Source: an uncultured Clostridia bacterium | Lineage (GTDB): Bacteria; Bacillota; Clostridia; Christensenellales; UBA1242 | DNA: 64,000 nucleotides | Assembly (NCBI GenBank): GCA_947588355.1 | Contig: CANPYI010000001.1 | Coordinates: forward strand, 13,771-77,770 | Direction: 5' to 3' | Part shown: piece after piece, positions 55,391 through 64,000 of the stretch | Numbering within the stretch: position 1 is the first letter of the stretch | Layout: each line of letters begins with the position of its first letter | Program-made: the position numbers and the translations under genes | The notes under the pieces: generated by a model | What the model saw: only the letters and a program-made list of their open reading frames with translations | Databases searched by the model: none | What the model was told of the DNA's origin: nothing

Positions 55391-55431
55391 ACATCTTGTA
55401 GGTATTATGCAACATAATACACCAAATAGTG
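55391..55431. repeat. Palindromic intergenic repeat, locus F
   Basis: ACATCTTGTAGGTATTATGCAACATAATACACCAAATAGTG. Begins 3 nt after the yifB-like stop. Confidence 0.8.
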
Positions 55432-55451
55432 ATTTAAGGAGTTGAAAGGTT

Positions 55452-56528
55452 TTGATTTCTATAAAAGATAAGTTTTTGATATTTATGTCTATGTATGAAA
55501 TTCCAAACAAAAAGCAAGAAATCTTACTTGAACAGTTGGATAATTTTTCTATAGACAATGTTCTTTGCAATCCAATAACTTATCTAACCTTGTCTGCGGA
55601 AGAAATAAAAAGATTGAAAGATGGATATGATGCTTTTCAATTTGAAAATATGATTGAAAATATGTTCAAATCTGACATAAAGATTGTCACAGTGTTTTCT
55701 GATGAATATCCTTCAAGTTTGATAAATCTTCCTGACAGACCGCTTATCCTTTACACAAAAGGTGACTTGACGCTTTTAAACAAACACTGTTTTGCAGTTG
55801 TTGGCACACGAATGCCGTCAAGTTATGGAAAAATAGTTACTGAAAAATTTGCCAAAAAACTTGCTGAAAGTGGTCTTGTGATTGTCAGTGGATTGTGCTA
55901 TGGTGTTGACCAGATTGCGCACAAGGCCACTCTTGACGCTGGTGGCAAAACTGTGGCAATTATTGCAAGTGGATTGAGCCGAATTTATCCTTCTGTAAAC
56001 TTGAACCTTGCAAACGAAATTGTTGAGAAAGGGGGATTGTTGATGAGCGAGTATCCTCCGTCTTTTGAGGCAAAAAAGTACACTTTTCCGCGCAGAAACA
56101 GAATCGTTGCAGGTGTATGTGACGGCATTCTTATCACGGAGGCAGGAATGAAAAGTGGGACACTTCACACAAAGGAATTTGCGTTGGAATATGGCAAGGA
56201 TATCTTTGCAGTGCCAGGAAATATCAACAGCAGCAAAAGTGAACTTACAAACCATCTTATCAAAACCGGCCAAGCAGAATGCACAACGTCTGCAGACGAA
56301 ATTGTGGAGTTTTATGGCTTGAAAAAATCTCGTGAATCTTCTCAACTTGTGACATTGAATTTTGAGGAGCAACAGATTGTAGATTTGTTGAAAGAAGAAC
56401 AGCAAAGTTTTGACTTTCTTGCAGAAAAAACAAAAATTCCTATCAATATTTTGAACAGTTGTTTGACAACTTTGGAAATTCGTGGTTTAATAAGAAAGTT
56501 GCCAGCACAAATGTACTGTCTTGCTTAG
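55452..56528 (+). CDS. dprA: DNA processing protein DprA (Smf)
   Basis: VVGTRMPSSYG, GLCYGVDQIAHKA, FPRRNRIVAG, AVPGNINS. Non-ATG start is uncertain. Confidence 0.85.
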   Translation: MISIKDKFLIFMSMYEIPNKKQEILLEQLDNFSIDNVLCNPITYLTLSAEEIKRLKDGYDAFQFENMIENMFKSDIKIVTVFSDEYPSSLINLPDRPLILYTKGDLTLLNKHCFAVVGTRMPSSYGKIVTEKFAKKLAESGLVIVSGLCYGVDQIAHKATLDAGGKTVAIIASGLSRIYPSVNLNLANEIVEKGGLLMSEYPPSFEAKKYTFPRRNRIVAGVCDGILITEAGMKSGTLHTKEFALEYGKDIFAVPGNINSSKSELTNHLIKTGQAECTTSADEIVEFYGLKKSRESSQLVTLNFEEQQIVDLLKEEQQSFDFLAEKTKIPINILNSCLTTLEIRGLIRKLPAQMYCLA

Positions 56529-56560
56529 GCAACAGAAAAAAGAAATTTAGGAGATTTATT

Positions 56561-58657
56561 TTGAAACTTGTCGTAATAGAAGCGCCTGCAAAAAGGGACA
56601 CTTTAAAAAAATATTTGGGAAGTGGATATGAAGTGTTTGCCACAAAGGGACATATTCGTGATCTTCCTGCAAAAAGTTTTGCCATTGATTTGTCCAACAA
56701 TTATGAGCCACATTACGAGATAAATCCTGACAAAAAAGCCTTGATACAAGAACTTAAAAACAAAGCAAAGTCTGCCGAAGAAGTTTTGATTGCCACCGAC
56801 CCGGACCGAGAAGGTGAGGCTATTTCATGGCATGTTGCATATGTTTTGGGGCTCAATCCAAACACAAAATGTCGTATTCAATTTAACGAAATTTCCAAAA
56901 AAGCAGTTTTGAAGGCACTGGACGAGCCGCGTGCCATTGACATTAATCTTGTCAATGCTCAGCAGGCACGCCGGGTACTTGACCGAATTGTTGGCTACAA
57001 ACTTTCTCCAATTCTGTCACGAAAAATTGCTCCAAAGTTGTCTGCGGGCAGGGTGCAGTCTGTTGCACTGAAACTTGTTGTCGAGCGAGAAAAGGAAATC
57101 GAAAACTTTAAACCAGAGGAGTTTTGGACAATCACTGCTTTGCACGAAAAGGACAAGGTTAAATTTAAGTCCACTCTTGCCACATTTAAAGGCAAAAAAA
57201 TCAAGCCTCAAAACAAAAAAGAGGTTGATGATGTGCTGTCTGTTGTTGATGGCAATGATTTCAAAGTTACAGAAATAAAAAAATCCAAGACGAAATCTCA
57301 CGCACCTGCACCATTCACCACCAGCACAATGCAACAAGATGCATTAAACAAACTTGGCATGAGCCTTCGAAAAACAACAATGTGTGCGCAAGAACTTTAT
57401 GAGGGCGTCGAAGTTAAGGGTGAGGGTAAAATCGCGCTCATTACTTATATCCGAACGGACAGTACACGTGTTTCTGTTGATGCACAGATGGCGTGCCGGG
57501 AGTTTATTGCTCAAAAATATGGAAAAAATTATATTCCAGACAAACCAAATATTTACGCAAGCAAAAAGAATGCTCAAGATGCACACGAAGCAATTCGACC
57601 AATAAACATGCATATGACACCAGAGATGGTTCAGGACAGTTTGACGCACGACAATTTCAAACTTTACAAGTTGATCTATGAGCGCTTTATGGCAAGTCAG
57701 ATGAGTGAAGCGGAATATTCAAATGTCAATGTTTCGTTGGAATGTCAGGGCTATGGCTTTAAATCCTCAGGGCGTACACAAGATTTTGCCGGATATACGG
57801 CAGTTTACAAAGAATATGTCGAAGAAGAAAAAGACGATTCTGCAGAAAAGACAAAAAACAAAAAAGATGCAGTGGAAAAACTTCCAACACTTTGTGAGGG
57901 AGAATTGCTTAAAGCAATTGACATAAAGTCCGAACAAAAGTTTACAAAGCCACCAGCGCGATTCACTGAAGCAAGCCTTGTCAAAGCAATGGAAGAGAAG
58001 GGGATTGGCAGGCCTGCAACTTATGCTGCAACAATCTCTATTTTGACCGAGCGAAATTACTGCTCAAAAGACGGTAAAGCACTTGTGCCAACCGAACTTG
58101 GTCGCAAGATGATTGAATATCTTGAAAAGTTTTTCAACAGCGTGATAAATGTCAAATTCACCGCTCATATGGAAAGCAGATTGGACGATATTGCAGAAAA
58201 CAAAGACGAGTGGCACAGTGTTGTTGACAGTTTTTGGAACGGATTTAAGGATTTGTTAAGCAAAGCCGACGCAAGTGGACTGAGCATGAAAGCCGAGCCT
58301 GTTGAAACAGATATTGTTTGTGAAAAATGCGGTCACAAAATGTTGATCCGAGAAGGAAGATATGGCAAATTTTTGGGTTGTTCAAACTTTCCAAAATGCA
58401 AAAACATAAAGCCGTTGGAAGAAAACGAAAGAAAACCTGTCTCAAAATGTCCTGCTTGTGGAAAAAATGTTTTTGCGCTACGTTCCAAAAGAGGTAAGGT
58501 TTTTTATGCATGTGAAGACAGAAATGGTTGCAACTTTATGAGTTGGGACAGACCGACAGGCGAGGTTTGTCCAAAATGCGGCAAACATTTGATTTTAAAG
58601 GGCAAGAAAGTTAAATGTTCGGCATGTGATTATGTCAAAGAAAATCCTGCAGAATAG
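56561..58657 (+). CDS. topA: DNA topoisomerase I
   Basis: TTG start 7 nt after AGGAG (LKLVVIEAPAKR). Toprim DPDREGEAISWH, active-site region ITYIRTDS. Three C-terminal zinc ribbons. Confidence 0.9.
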   Translation: MKLVVIEAPAKRDTLKKYLGSGYEVFATKGHIRDLPAKSFAIDLSNNYEPHYEINPDKKALIQELKNKAKSAEEVLIATDPDREGEAISWHVAYVLGLNPNTKCRIQFNEISKKAVLKALDEPRAIDINLVNAQQARRVLDRIVGYKLSPILSRKIAPKLSAGRVQSVALKLVVEREKEIENFKPEEFWTITALHEKDKVKFKSTLATFKGKKIKPQNKKEVDDVLSVVDGNDFKVTEIKKSKTKSHAPAPFTTSTMQQDALNKLGMSLRKTTMCAQELYEGVEVKGEGKIALITYIRTDSTRVSVDAQMACREFIAQKYGKNYIPDKPNIYASKKNAQDAHEAIRPINMHMTPEMVQDSLTHDNFKLYKLIYERFMASQMSEAEYSNVNVSLECQGYGFKSSGRTQDFAGYTAVYKEYVEEEKDDSAEKTKNKKDAVEKLPTLCEGELLKAIDIKSEQKFTKPPARFTEASLVKAMEEKGIGRPATYAATISILTERNYCSKDGKALVPTELGRKMIEYLEKFFNSVINVKFTAHMESRLDDIAENKDEWHSVVDSFWNGFKDLLSKADASGLSMKAEPVETDIVCEKCGHKMLIREGRYGKFLGCSNFPKCKNIKPLEENERKPVSKCPACGKNVFALRSKRGKVFYACEDRNGCNFMSWDRPTGEVCPKCGKHLILKGKKVKCSACDYVKENPAE

Positions 58658-58658
58658 T

Positions 58659-58686
58659 TTGACTTTGTGCATTTTGATGATATAAT
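58659..58686 (+). promoter_or_regulatory. Sigma-A-type promoter of hslVU
   Basis: TTGACT, 16 nt spacer, TATAAT. Confidence 0.6.
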
Positions 58687-58703
58687 TGAAAAAGGAGACT
58701 TAC

Positions 58704-59243
58704 ATGGAAAATCTTTTCAGAGGCACAACTATTTGTGCAGTAAAACGTGACGGAAAAATTGCTGTGGCAGGTGATGGGCAAGTTACGATGCAAAACAGCA
58801 TTATATTCAAAAACAACGCGCGTAAAGTTCGCAGAATTTACAACAACAGTGTTGTGGTCGGTTTTGCAGGCTCTGTTGCCGACGCTTTTTCGCTTTCAGA
58901 ACGTTTTGAAGGTATGCTCAACAAATATGCCGGCAATCTTATGAGAAGTGCTGTCGAACTTGCTCAAACTTGGCGAGAAGACAAAGTTGGCAGACAACTT
59001 GATGCCATGATGATTGTTGCTGACAAGGAACAAATTCTTATTTTGGACGGGGCAGGAAATGTTATCGAGCCTCAAGACGGAATTTGTGCGATAGGCTCTG
59101 GCGGAAACTATGCTCTTGCTGCAGCACGAGCGTTAATTCAAAACACAAAATACTCAGCAAAGGATATTGCCTTCAAAGCACTTAAGATTGCAAGTGAAAT
59201 TTGTGTGTTTACAAATGAAAATATTATTGTAGAACAACTTTAA
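58704..59243 (+). CDS. hslV: ATP-dependent protease subunit HslV (ClpQ)
   Basis: [18 protein letters not shown] with N-terminal Thr nucleophile context, [27 protein letters not shown] lies after AAAGGAG. Confidence 0.9.
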   Translation: MENLFRGTTICAVKRDGKIAVAGDGQVTMQNSIIFKNNARKVRRIYNNSVVVGFAGSVADAFSLSERFEGMLNKYAGNLMRSAVELAQTWREDKVGRQLDAMMIVADKEQILILDGAGNVIEPQDGICAIGSGGNYALAAARALIQNTKYSAKDIAFKALKIASEICVFTNENIIVEQL

Positions 59244-59261
59244 TCGGTTTAAGGAGAAAGT

Positions 59262-60557
59262 ATGAACTATACACCAAAACAAATCGTAACTGAACTTGAT
59301 AAATATATTGTTGGGCAAGCCAAAGCAAAACGTGCAGTCGCTATTGCGTTGCGCAACAGATATCGTCGCAGTCAACTGCCAGCAGATTCGCGTGAAGAAA
59401 TCACACCGAAAAACATTGTTATGAGCGGTCCAACGGGTGTTGGAAAAACGGAAATTGCCAGAAGACTTGCCAAACTTGTTGGCTCGCCATTTGTCAAGGT
59501 TGAGGCCACAAAATACACCGAAGTAGGCTATGTTGGACGCGATGTTGAAAGCATGGTGCGTGACCTTGTTGAAGTTGCAGTACGCATGGTCAAAGACAAA
59601 AAGAAAAAAGAAGTGGAAAACAAAGTTATGCCTATCGTTGAGGCGAAACTTGTTGACGCACTCTTCCAAAATCGTCGCGTAACAGAAGTGGAAGTGAACA
59701 GAGATGCACTTTTGGAAGAACTTCGCAGCGGAAAGTGTGAAGAAGAAAATGTTGAGGTTGTTGTGCTTGAAGCAGCAAAACCTATGATGGCTTTTGGCGG
59801 AAATGAGATCAGTCTCGGCTCTATGTTTGAAGGTCTCACACCTCCAAAACACAAGAAAAAGAAATTGAGTGTTCGTCATGCCAGAGAAGCACTTTTGCAA
59901 GAAGAAAGTGACAAGATAATTGATATGGACAATGTCAATGAGGAGGCTATCACTCTTGCGGAAGAACAGGGCATAATCTTTATTGACGAAATAGACAAGA
60001 TTATTGGAAAAAGCCAAGCAACAAACAGTGCAGACGTTTCCCGTGAAGGTGTTCAACGCGATATTTTGCCTATTGTGGAAGGAAGTACTGTTCCAACAAA
60101 ATACGGCAATGTGAAAACCGACTTTATTCTTTTTATTGCAGCAGGGGCATTCCACGTTGCAAAGATGGAAGATATGATTCCGGAACTGCAAGGTCGTTTT
60201 CCTATCAGGGTTGAACTTGAAAGTTTGACCAAAGAAGACTTTAAGAAAATTTTGAGTACACCAAAAAATGCTGTGACAGTTCAGTATTCAAATTTGCTTA
60301 AAGTTGACAATATAAATTTGATTTTCAAAGATGACGCACTTGATGAAATTGCTGAAATGGCTGCACGCGAAAATGAAACTAGCGAGGATTTGGGTGCAAG
60401 ACGTTTGCATACAATCATGGAAAGCGTTTTGGAAGATGTTTCGTTCAATGCCACGGGGCAACATCCTATGCTTGATGTTGTGATTGACAAAACTTATGTG
60501 CAAAATGTCTTTAAAGATAAAACCGAAAAATTTGATTTGAAAAAGTATGTGCTGTAA
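59262..60557 (+). CDS. hslU: ATP-dependent protease ATPase subunit HslU (ClpY)
   Basis: TPKQIVTELDKYIVGQ, Walker A GPTGVGKTEIARRLA, IIFIDEIDKI, GARRLHTIME. Confidence 0.95.
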   Translation: MNYTPKQIVTELDKYIVGQAKAKRAVAIALRNRYRRSQLPADSREEITPKNIVMSGPTGVGKTEIARRLAKLVGSPFVKVEATKYTEVGYVGRDVESMVRDLVEVAVRMVKDKKKKEVENKVMPIVEAKLVDALFQNRRVTEVEVNRDALLEELRSGKCEEENVEVVVLEAAKPMMAFGGNEISLGSMFEGLTPPKHKKKKLSVRHAREALLQEESDKIIDMDNVNEEAITLAEEQGIIFIDEIDKIIGKSQATNSADVSREGVQRDILPIVEGSTVPTKYGNVKTDFILFIAAGAFHVAKMEDMIPELQGRFPIRVELESLTKEDFKKILSTPKNAVTVQYSNLLKVDNINLIFKDDALDEIAEMAARENETSEDLGARRLHTIMESVLEDVSFNATGQHPMLDVVIDKTYVQNVFKDKTEKFDLKKYVL

Positions 60558-60558
60558 T

Positions 60559-60622
60559 CAATATATTGTTGGTGATATGCAAACTTTATATATGCATAAT
60601 ACCATATATTGTGTAGTATGCA
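60559..60622. repeat. Palindromic intergenic repeat, locus G
   Basis: CAATATATTGTTGGTGATATGCAAACTTTATATATGCATAATACCATATATTGTGTAGTATGCA. Begins 1 nt after the hslU stop and ends 12 nt before the next ATG. Confidence 0.85.
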
Positions 60623-60634
60623 AATGAGAAAATT

Positions 60635-61339
60635 ATGTGGAATGACAGAACAAAACTTTTGATTGGAAAAGATGGCGTGCAAACCTTGTCAAAAAGTAAG
60701 GTTGCAGTTGTTGGCGTTGGCGGAGTTGGCGGATATGTTGCTTATTTGCTTTGTCGTGCCGGTGTTGAAAATCTGACGCTTGTTGATTGTGACAAAGTTG
60801 ACACTACAAACATCAACAGACAAATAGTTGCCAATCAAAACACTGTAGGGCAACTTAAAGTTGATGTTTTGAAAAAAATGCTGTTTGAAATAAATCCAGA
60901 TTGCAAAGTTTGTACAGTTCCTGAGCGTTTGTGTCAGGCAAATATATCAAAAATCATCAATAAAGATTTTGACTATGTTGTCGATGCTATTGACAGTTTG
61001 CAAGACAAAATTGATTTGATTTGCTTTTGCAAACAGAATTCCATTCCTGTTGTTTCAGCCATGGGAGCAGGAAATCGCATAAATGTGCCAAACTTTTTTG
61101 TGACAGATATATACAAAACTTCACACGATGGACTAGCAAAAGTTTTGCGTAAAAAGTTGAAAGAACGTGACGTGAAAAGTTTGGACGTTGTGACAACCGA
61201 TGTGCAAGTTATGAAAATTGAGAAAAATCAAACAGAAAATGTTGGCAAACGCACGGTTGGAAGCATTTCATATTTTCCGGCGATGTGCGGTTGCGTTATT
61301 GCAGGTTTTGTGATTGAAAAGTTATTAAAACGTATTTAA
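60635..61339 (+). CDS. tcdA: tRNA threonylcarbamoyladenosine dehydratase (ThiF/E1-like)
   Basis: VAVVGVGGVGGYVAYLLCRAGVENLTLVDCDKVDTTNINRQ. About 234 aa, typical for TcdA/CsdL. Confidence 0.75.
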   Translation: MWNDRTKLLIGKDGVQTLSKSKVAVVGVGGVGGYVAYLLCRAGVENLTLVDCDKVDTTNINRQIVANQNTVGQLKVDVLKKMLFEINPDCKVCTVPERLCQANISKIINKDFDYVVDAIDSLQDKIDLICFCKQNSIPVVSAMGAGNRINVPNFFVTDIYKTSHDGLAKVLRKKLKERDVKSLDVVTTDVQVMKIEKNQTENVGKRTVGSISYFPAMCGCVIAGFVIEKLLKRI

Positions 61340-61352
61340 ATAGGAGGAAAAG

Positions 61353-61661
61353 ATGGAAATAATAACTGAAAAACAATTCAAAGAAAAAACAAAAAGTGGA
61401 GTTGTGCTTGTGGACTTTTTTGCAACTTGGTGCGGGCCTTGCAAGATGCAGGCTCCAGTTTTGGAAAAAGTGCAAGAGGAGTTGGGAAAGCAGGTGCAAA
61501 TTTTCAAAGTTGATGTTGATGAAGACGAAAAACTTGCTCGCAGTTTTGGTGTTATGAGCATTCCAACAATGATTTTGTTTGTTGATGGCCAGCAAAAAGA
61601 AAAACACGTTGGACTTTGGTCAAAAGATGATGTTTCTGATACTATCAAAAAATATCTCTAA
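61353..61661 (+). CDS. trxA: Thioredoxin
   Basis: VDFFATWCGPCKM active site, SIPTMILF. Confidence 0.95.
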   Translation: MEIITEKQFKEKTKSGVVLVDFFATWCGPCKMQAPVLEKVQEELGKQVQIFKVDVDEDEKLARSFGVMSIPTMILFVDGQQKEKHVGLWSKDDVSDTIKKYL

Positions 61662-61714
61662 AATATGTCAGATGATATTTTGCGAATAGATATTTTTCTT
61701 ATATTATCAATATT

Positions 61715-61752
61715 AAAAAAAACAGGTTATAATAAACTTGTTTTTATTTTTT
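61715..61752 (+). terminator. Rho-independent terminator after trxA
   Basis: AAACAGGTT-ataata-AACTTGTTT (one G-U pair) followed by a T-rich tail. Confidence 0.5.
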
Positions 61753-61754
61753 TA

Positions 61755-61783
61755 TTGACAACGCTTGTTTTTGGTGATAAAAT
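61755..61783 (+). promoter_or_regulatory. nifSU promoter with extended -10
   Basis: TTGACA, 17 nt spacer, TAAAAT, with TGA immediately upstream of the -10. Confidence 0.65.
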
Positions 61784-61810
61784 ATAGACGAAGTGTTAAA
61801 AGGAAGGTTT

Positions 61811-63004
61811 ATGGAACGAAAAATATATCTTGACAATGCATCAACAACATATGTTTCAAACGAAGTTTTAAACGAAATGTTGCCTTGTTTCAACTCTCTT
61901 TATGGAAATGCCGGCTCTTTGCATAGTTTCGGACGTGATGCAGTTGCAATTCTTGATCGTGCACGCGACCGCGTTAAAACTGCCATAAATGCTGCCAAAG
62001 CAAATGAAATTTACTTCACTAGCGGCGGAACAGAGGCTGACAACTGGGCACTTATCGGTGTTGCTCATGCCAATGCCAACAAAGGAAAACACATCATCAC
62101 AAGCAAAATAGAGCATCATGCGGTGCTTCATGCTTGTGAGCAACTTGAAAAAGAGGGCTTTGAAATCACTTATTTGCCGGTGGACAAGCACGGGCTTGTG
62201 GACATGGCAGAACTTTTGCATGCCATTCGCAAAGACACTATATTGATTTCTATTATGACTGTCAATAATGAGGTTGGCACAATTCAAAATGTCAAAGCAA
62301 TTGCAAAAATTGCACATGATTACAAAATTCTGTTCCATACAGATGCCGTTCAAGCAATAGGTCACGTGCATATAGATGTTCAGGACATGGAAATTGATCT
62401 TATGTCAATGTCGGCTCACAAAATCCACGGGCCAAAGGGCGTTGGCGCTTTGTATATCAAAAATGGCGTCAGAATTGATCCAATCACTTATGGCGGAATC
62501 AGTCAGGAACGTGGCAAGCGTTCTGGAACAGAGAATATTCCTGGAATCGCAGGTTTTGGAAAAGCAATGGAAATTGCCACACGAAACATCGCAGTAAACG
62601 AGAAAAAACTCAAAACAATTCGTGATTACTTCTTGGAAAAACTTGCAGAGAAAGTGCAATATTTTCAAGTGAACGGCCATCCTCAACAAAAATCAAATGC
62701 CATTGCAAATGTTTCTTTTTATGGCGTTGAAGGCGAAAGCATCTTGATGCTTTTGGACCTTGCGGGGATTTGCGTTTCAACGGCCTCTGCTTGCACATCA
62801 AAGTCGCTTTTGCCATCTCACGTGCTTCAAGCAATGGGTGTTCCGGACGAAATCGCACAAGGCTCGATAAGATTTTCTTTTGGAACAAATATTTCAAAAT
62901 CGGATATTGATTATGTGACGGACGAAGTGCAAAAAGTTGTTGCAAGACTTCGAGAAATATCACCAATTCAACCAGAAAAGGAGGGTAAAAAAAATGTACA
63001 GTAA
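61811..63004 (+). CDS. nifS: Cysteine desulfurase NifS
   Basis: IYLDNASTT, SMSAHKIHGPKGVGALYI (PLP Lys), SASACTS active-site Cys. ATG lies after GGAAGG. Confidence 0.9.
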   Translation: MERKIYLDNASTTYVSNEVLNEMLPCFNSLYGNAGSLHSFGRDAVAILDRARDRVKTAINAAKANEIYFTSGGTEADNWALIGVAHANANKGKHIITSKIEHHAVLHACEQLEKEGFEITYLPVDKHGLVDMAELLHAIRKDTILISIMTVNNEVGTIQNVKAIAKIAHDYKILFHTDAVQAIGHVHIDVQDMEIDLMSMSAHKIHGPKGVGALYIKNGVRIDPITYGGISQERGKRSGTENIPGIAGFGKAMEIATRNIAVNEKKLKTIRDYFLEKLAEKVQYFQVNGHPQQKSNAIANVSFYGVEGESILMLLDLAGICVSTASACTSKSLLPSHVLQAMGVPDEIAQGSIRFSFGTNISKSDIDYVTDEVQKVVARLREISPIQPEKEGKKNVQ

Positions 63005-63407
63005 AACAGTGATCGACAGATTTCAAAATCCACATAATGCTGGCACTTTGCGTGGCGCAAATGCTGTTGGCGAAGTTGGAAATGCTGCTTGTGGCGACAT
63101 CATGAAAATGTATCTTAAAATCAACGACAACGGCATTATCGAAAGTGCCAAATTTAAGACTTTTGGTTGCTGCGCTGCAATTGCTTCAACAGATATGGCT
63201 TGTGACCTTATAAAAGGCAAAACAATTGATGAAGCATTGAAAGTGACCAACAAACAAGTGTTGGATTTGCTTGGCGAACTTCCGCCACACAAGATACATT
63301 GCAGTATTTTGGCAGAAGAAAGCATTAAAGCCGCAATCGAAGATTACTACAAAAAGAAAGAAAAAGAAATCAAAAAGTCTGTCAAAAAACCAATCAAATA
63401 TGTGTAA
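62994..63407 (+). CDS. nifU: Fe-S cluster assembly scaffold NifU/IscU-like
   Basis: MYSKTVIDRFQNPHNAG, GNAACGD, FKTFGCCAAIAS, HCSIL. ATG lies after GGAGGG. 11-nt overlap with nifS. Confidence 0.9.
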   Translation: MYSKTVIDRFQNPHNAGTLRGANAVGEVGNAACGDIMKMYLKINDNGIIESAKFKTFGCCAAIASTDMACDLIKGKTIDEALKVTNKQVLDLLGELPPHKIHCSILAEESIKAAIEDYYKKKEKEIKKSVKKPIKYV

Positions 63408-63430
63408 ACACAAGATTTGAGATTGAATTA

Positions 63431-63468
63431 AAAAAATCTTATCAAATAAAAAGGATAAGATTTTTTTT
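63431..63468 (+). terminator. Rho-independent terminator after nifU
   Basis: AAAAAATCTTATC-10 nt-GATAAGATTTTTTTT. Confidence 0.7.
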
Positions 63469-63538
63469 ATAATTAAGTAGTATGCAAACTTTTAAAAACA
63501 AATGAGAAAACTTTCAATTTTTGAAAGATTGTGAAAAA

Positions 63539-63571
63539 TTGCATAATACAACATTTTGTAAGTATTATGCA
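63539..63571. repeat. Palindromic intergenic repeat, locus H (convergent spacer)
   Basis: TTGCATAATACAACATTTTGTAAGTATTATGCA, plus a half unit AAGTAGTATGCA at 63475-63486. Lies between the 3' ends of nifU (+) and tgt (-). Confidence 0.8.
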
Positions 63572-63756
63572 GTTTTTAATACAAAATATAGTATATCTAT
63601 GCGTAAAACCTGTCTTTTGCGAATAGATATGGATTGTGAAATAACGCAAAAAATCGATGCCCTCCCAATCAAATTTTGTGGTAAATCAATTTTTTACAAT
63701 TCAAAATTCTATTTGTTTTTACTACGCCTTATTTTGCTGTTGGATTTCAAATCTAT

Positions 63757-64000
<244 letters not shown>

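Noticed and set aside
59154-60191. 345-aa ORF antisense to hslU, and similar long antisense ORFs (for example 49029-49733, 11165-11782, 45633-46217, 55818-56405, 3672-4244)
   Set aside because: Each lies fully opposite a confidently recognised gene. They are rich in Cys, Phe, His and Asn, as expected from reverse-complement reading of AT-rich coding DNA, and they lack an RBS.
5932-63571. The repeat loci as a CRISPR array or as dif sites
   Set aside because: They are not a CRISPR array. The copies are scattered over 58 kb, alternate in orientation, have no regular unique spacers, and no cas genes are present. They are not dif sites either. dif is a single 28-bp site with a 6-bp central region, whereas these repeats are multi-copy and have about 20 nt between the GCATAAT/ATTATGC arms.

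Overview
This is an AT-rich chromosomal segment, probably from a Clostridia-like Bacillota. It carries spoIVB, a SpoIVFB-like M50 protease, the argR-recN pair, dprA-topA-hslVU and a T-box leader on pheST. About 60 genes are present, mostly on the + strand, and most are core housekeeping: scpAB, mnmA, murA, an ftsQ/divIB-like gene, rarA, polA, ruvX, pheST, a cysteine desulfurase with thiI, argR, recN, spoIVB, tig-clpP-clpX, rny, a yifB/comM-like gene, dprA, topA, hslVU, tcdA, trxA, nifSU, and the 3' end of tgt on the - strand. I found no rRNA genes, tRNA genes or CRISPR array. Two things are not ordinary. (1) Between rarA and polA (about 11-28.3 kb) lies an accessory stretch with a phage-derived head and DNA-packaging gene set: terminase large subunit, a terminase-small-like ORF, portal, scaffold, a capsid-sized ORF, three unknown ORFs and two holins. 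About 6 kb of envelope and transport genes split it. I could not recognise any integrase, repressor, replication, tail-tube, tape-measure or endolysin gene. It is either a strongly reduced podovirus-like remnant or a host-retained, GTA-like capsid system. (2) A family of short palindromic repeats (unit roughly ATATTGTGTATTATGCA, in alternating orientation) fills at least 8 intergenic spacers, including the pheS-pheT spacer. Smaller items are a membrane-tethered PadR-type regulator, an unannotated 53-aa Lys/Ser/Cys-rich sORF with its own RBS and terminators, an E2-acyltransferase-like protein whose catalytic His is replaced, and loss of the usual spoIVB-spo0A adjacency. All functional calls come from motif and family recognition by eye. 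No database search was run, and several start codons were re-chosen using RBS spacing.
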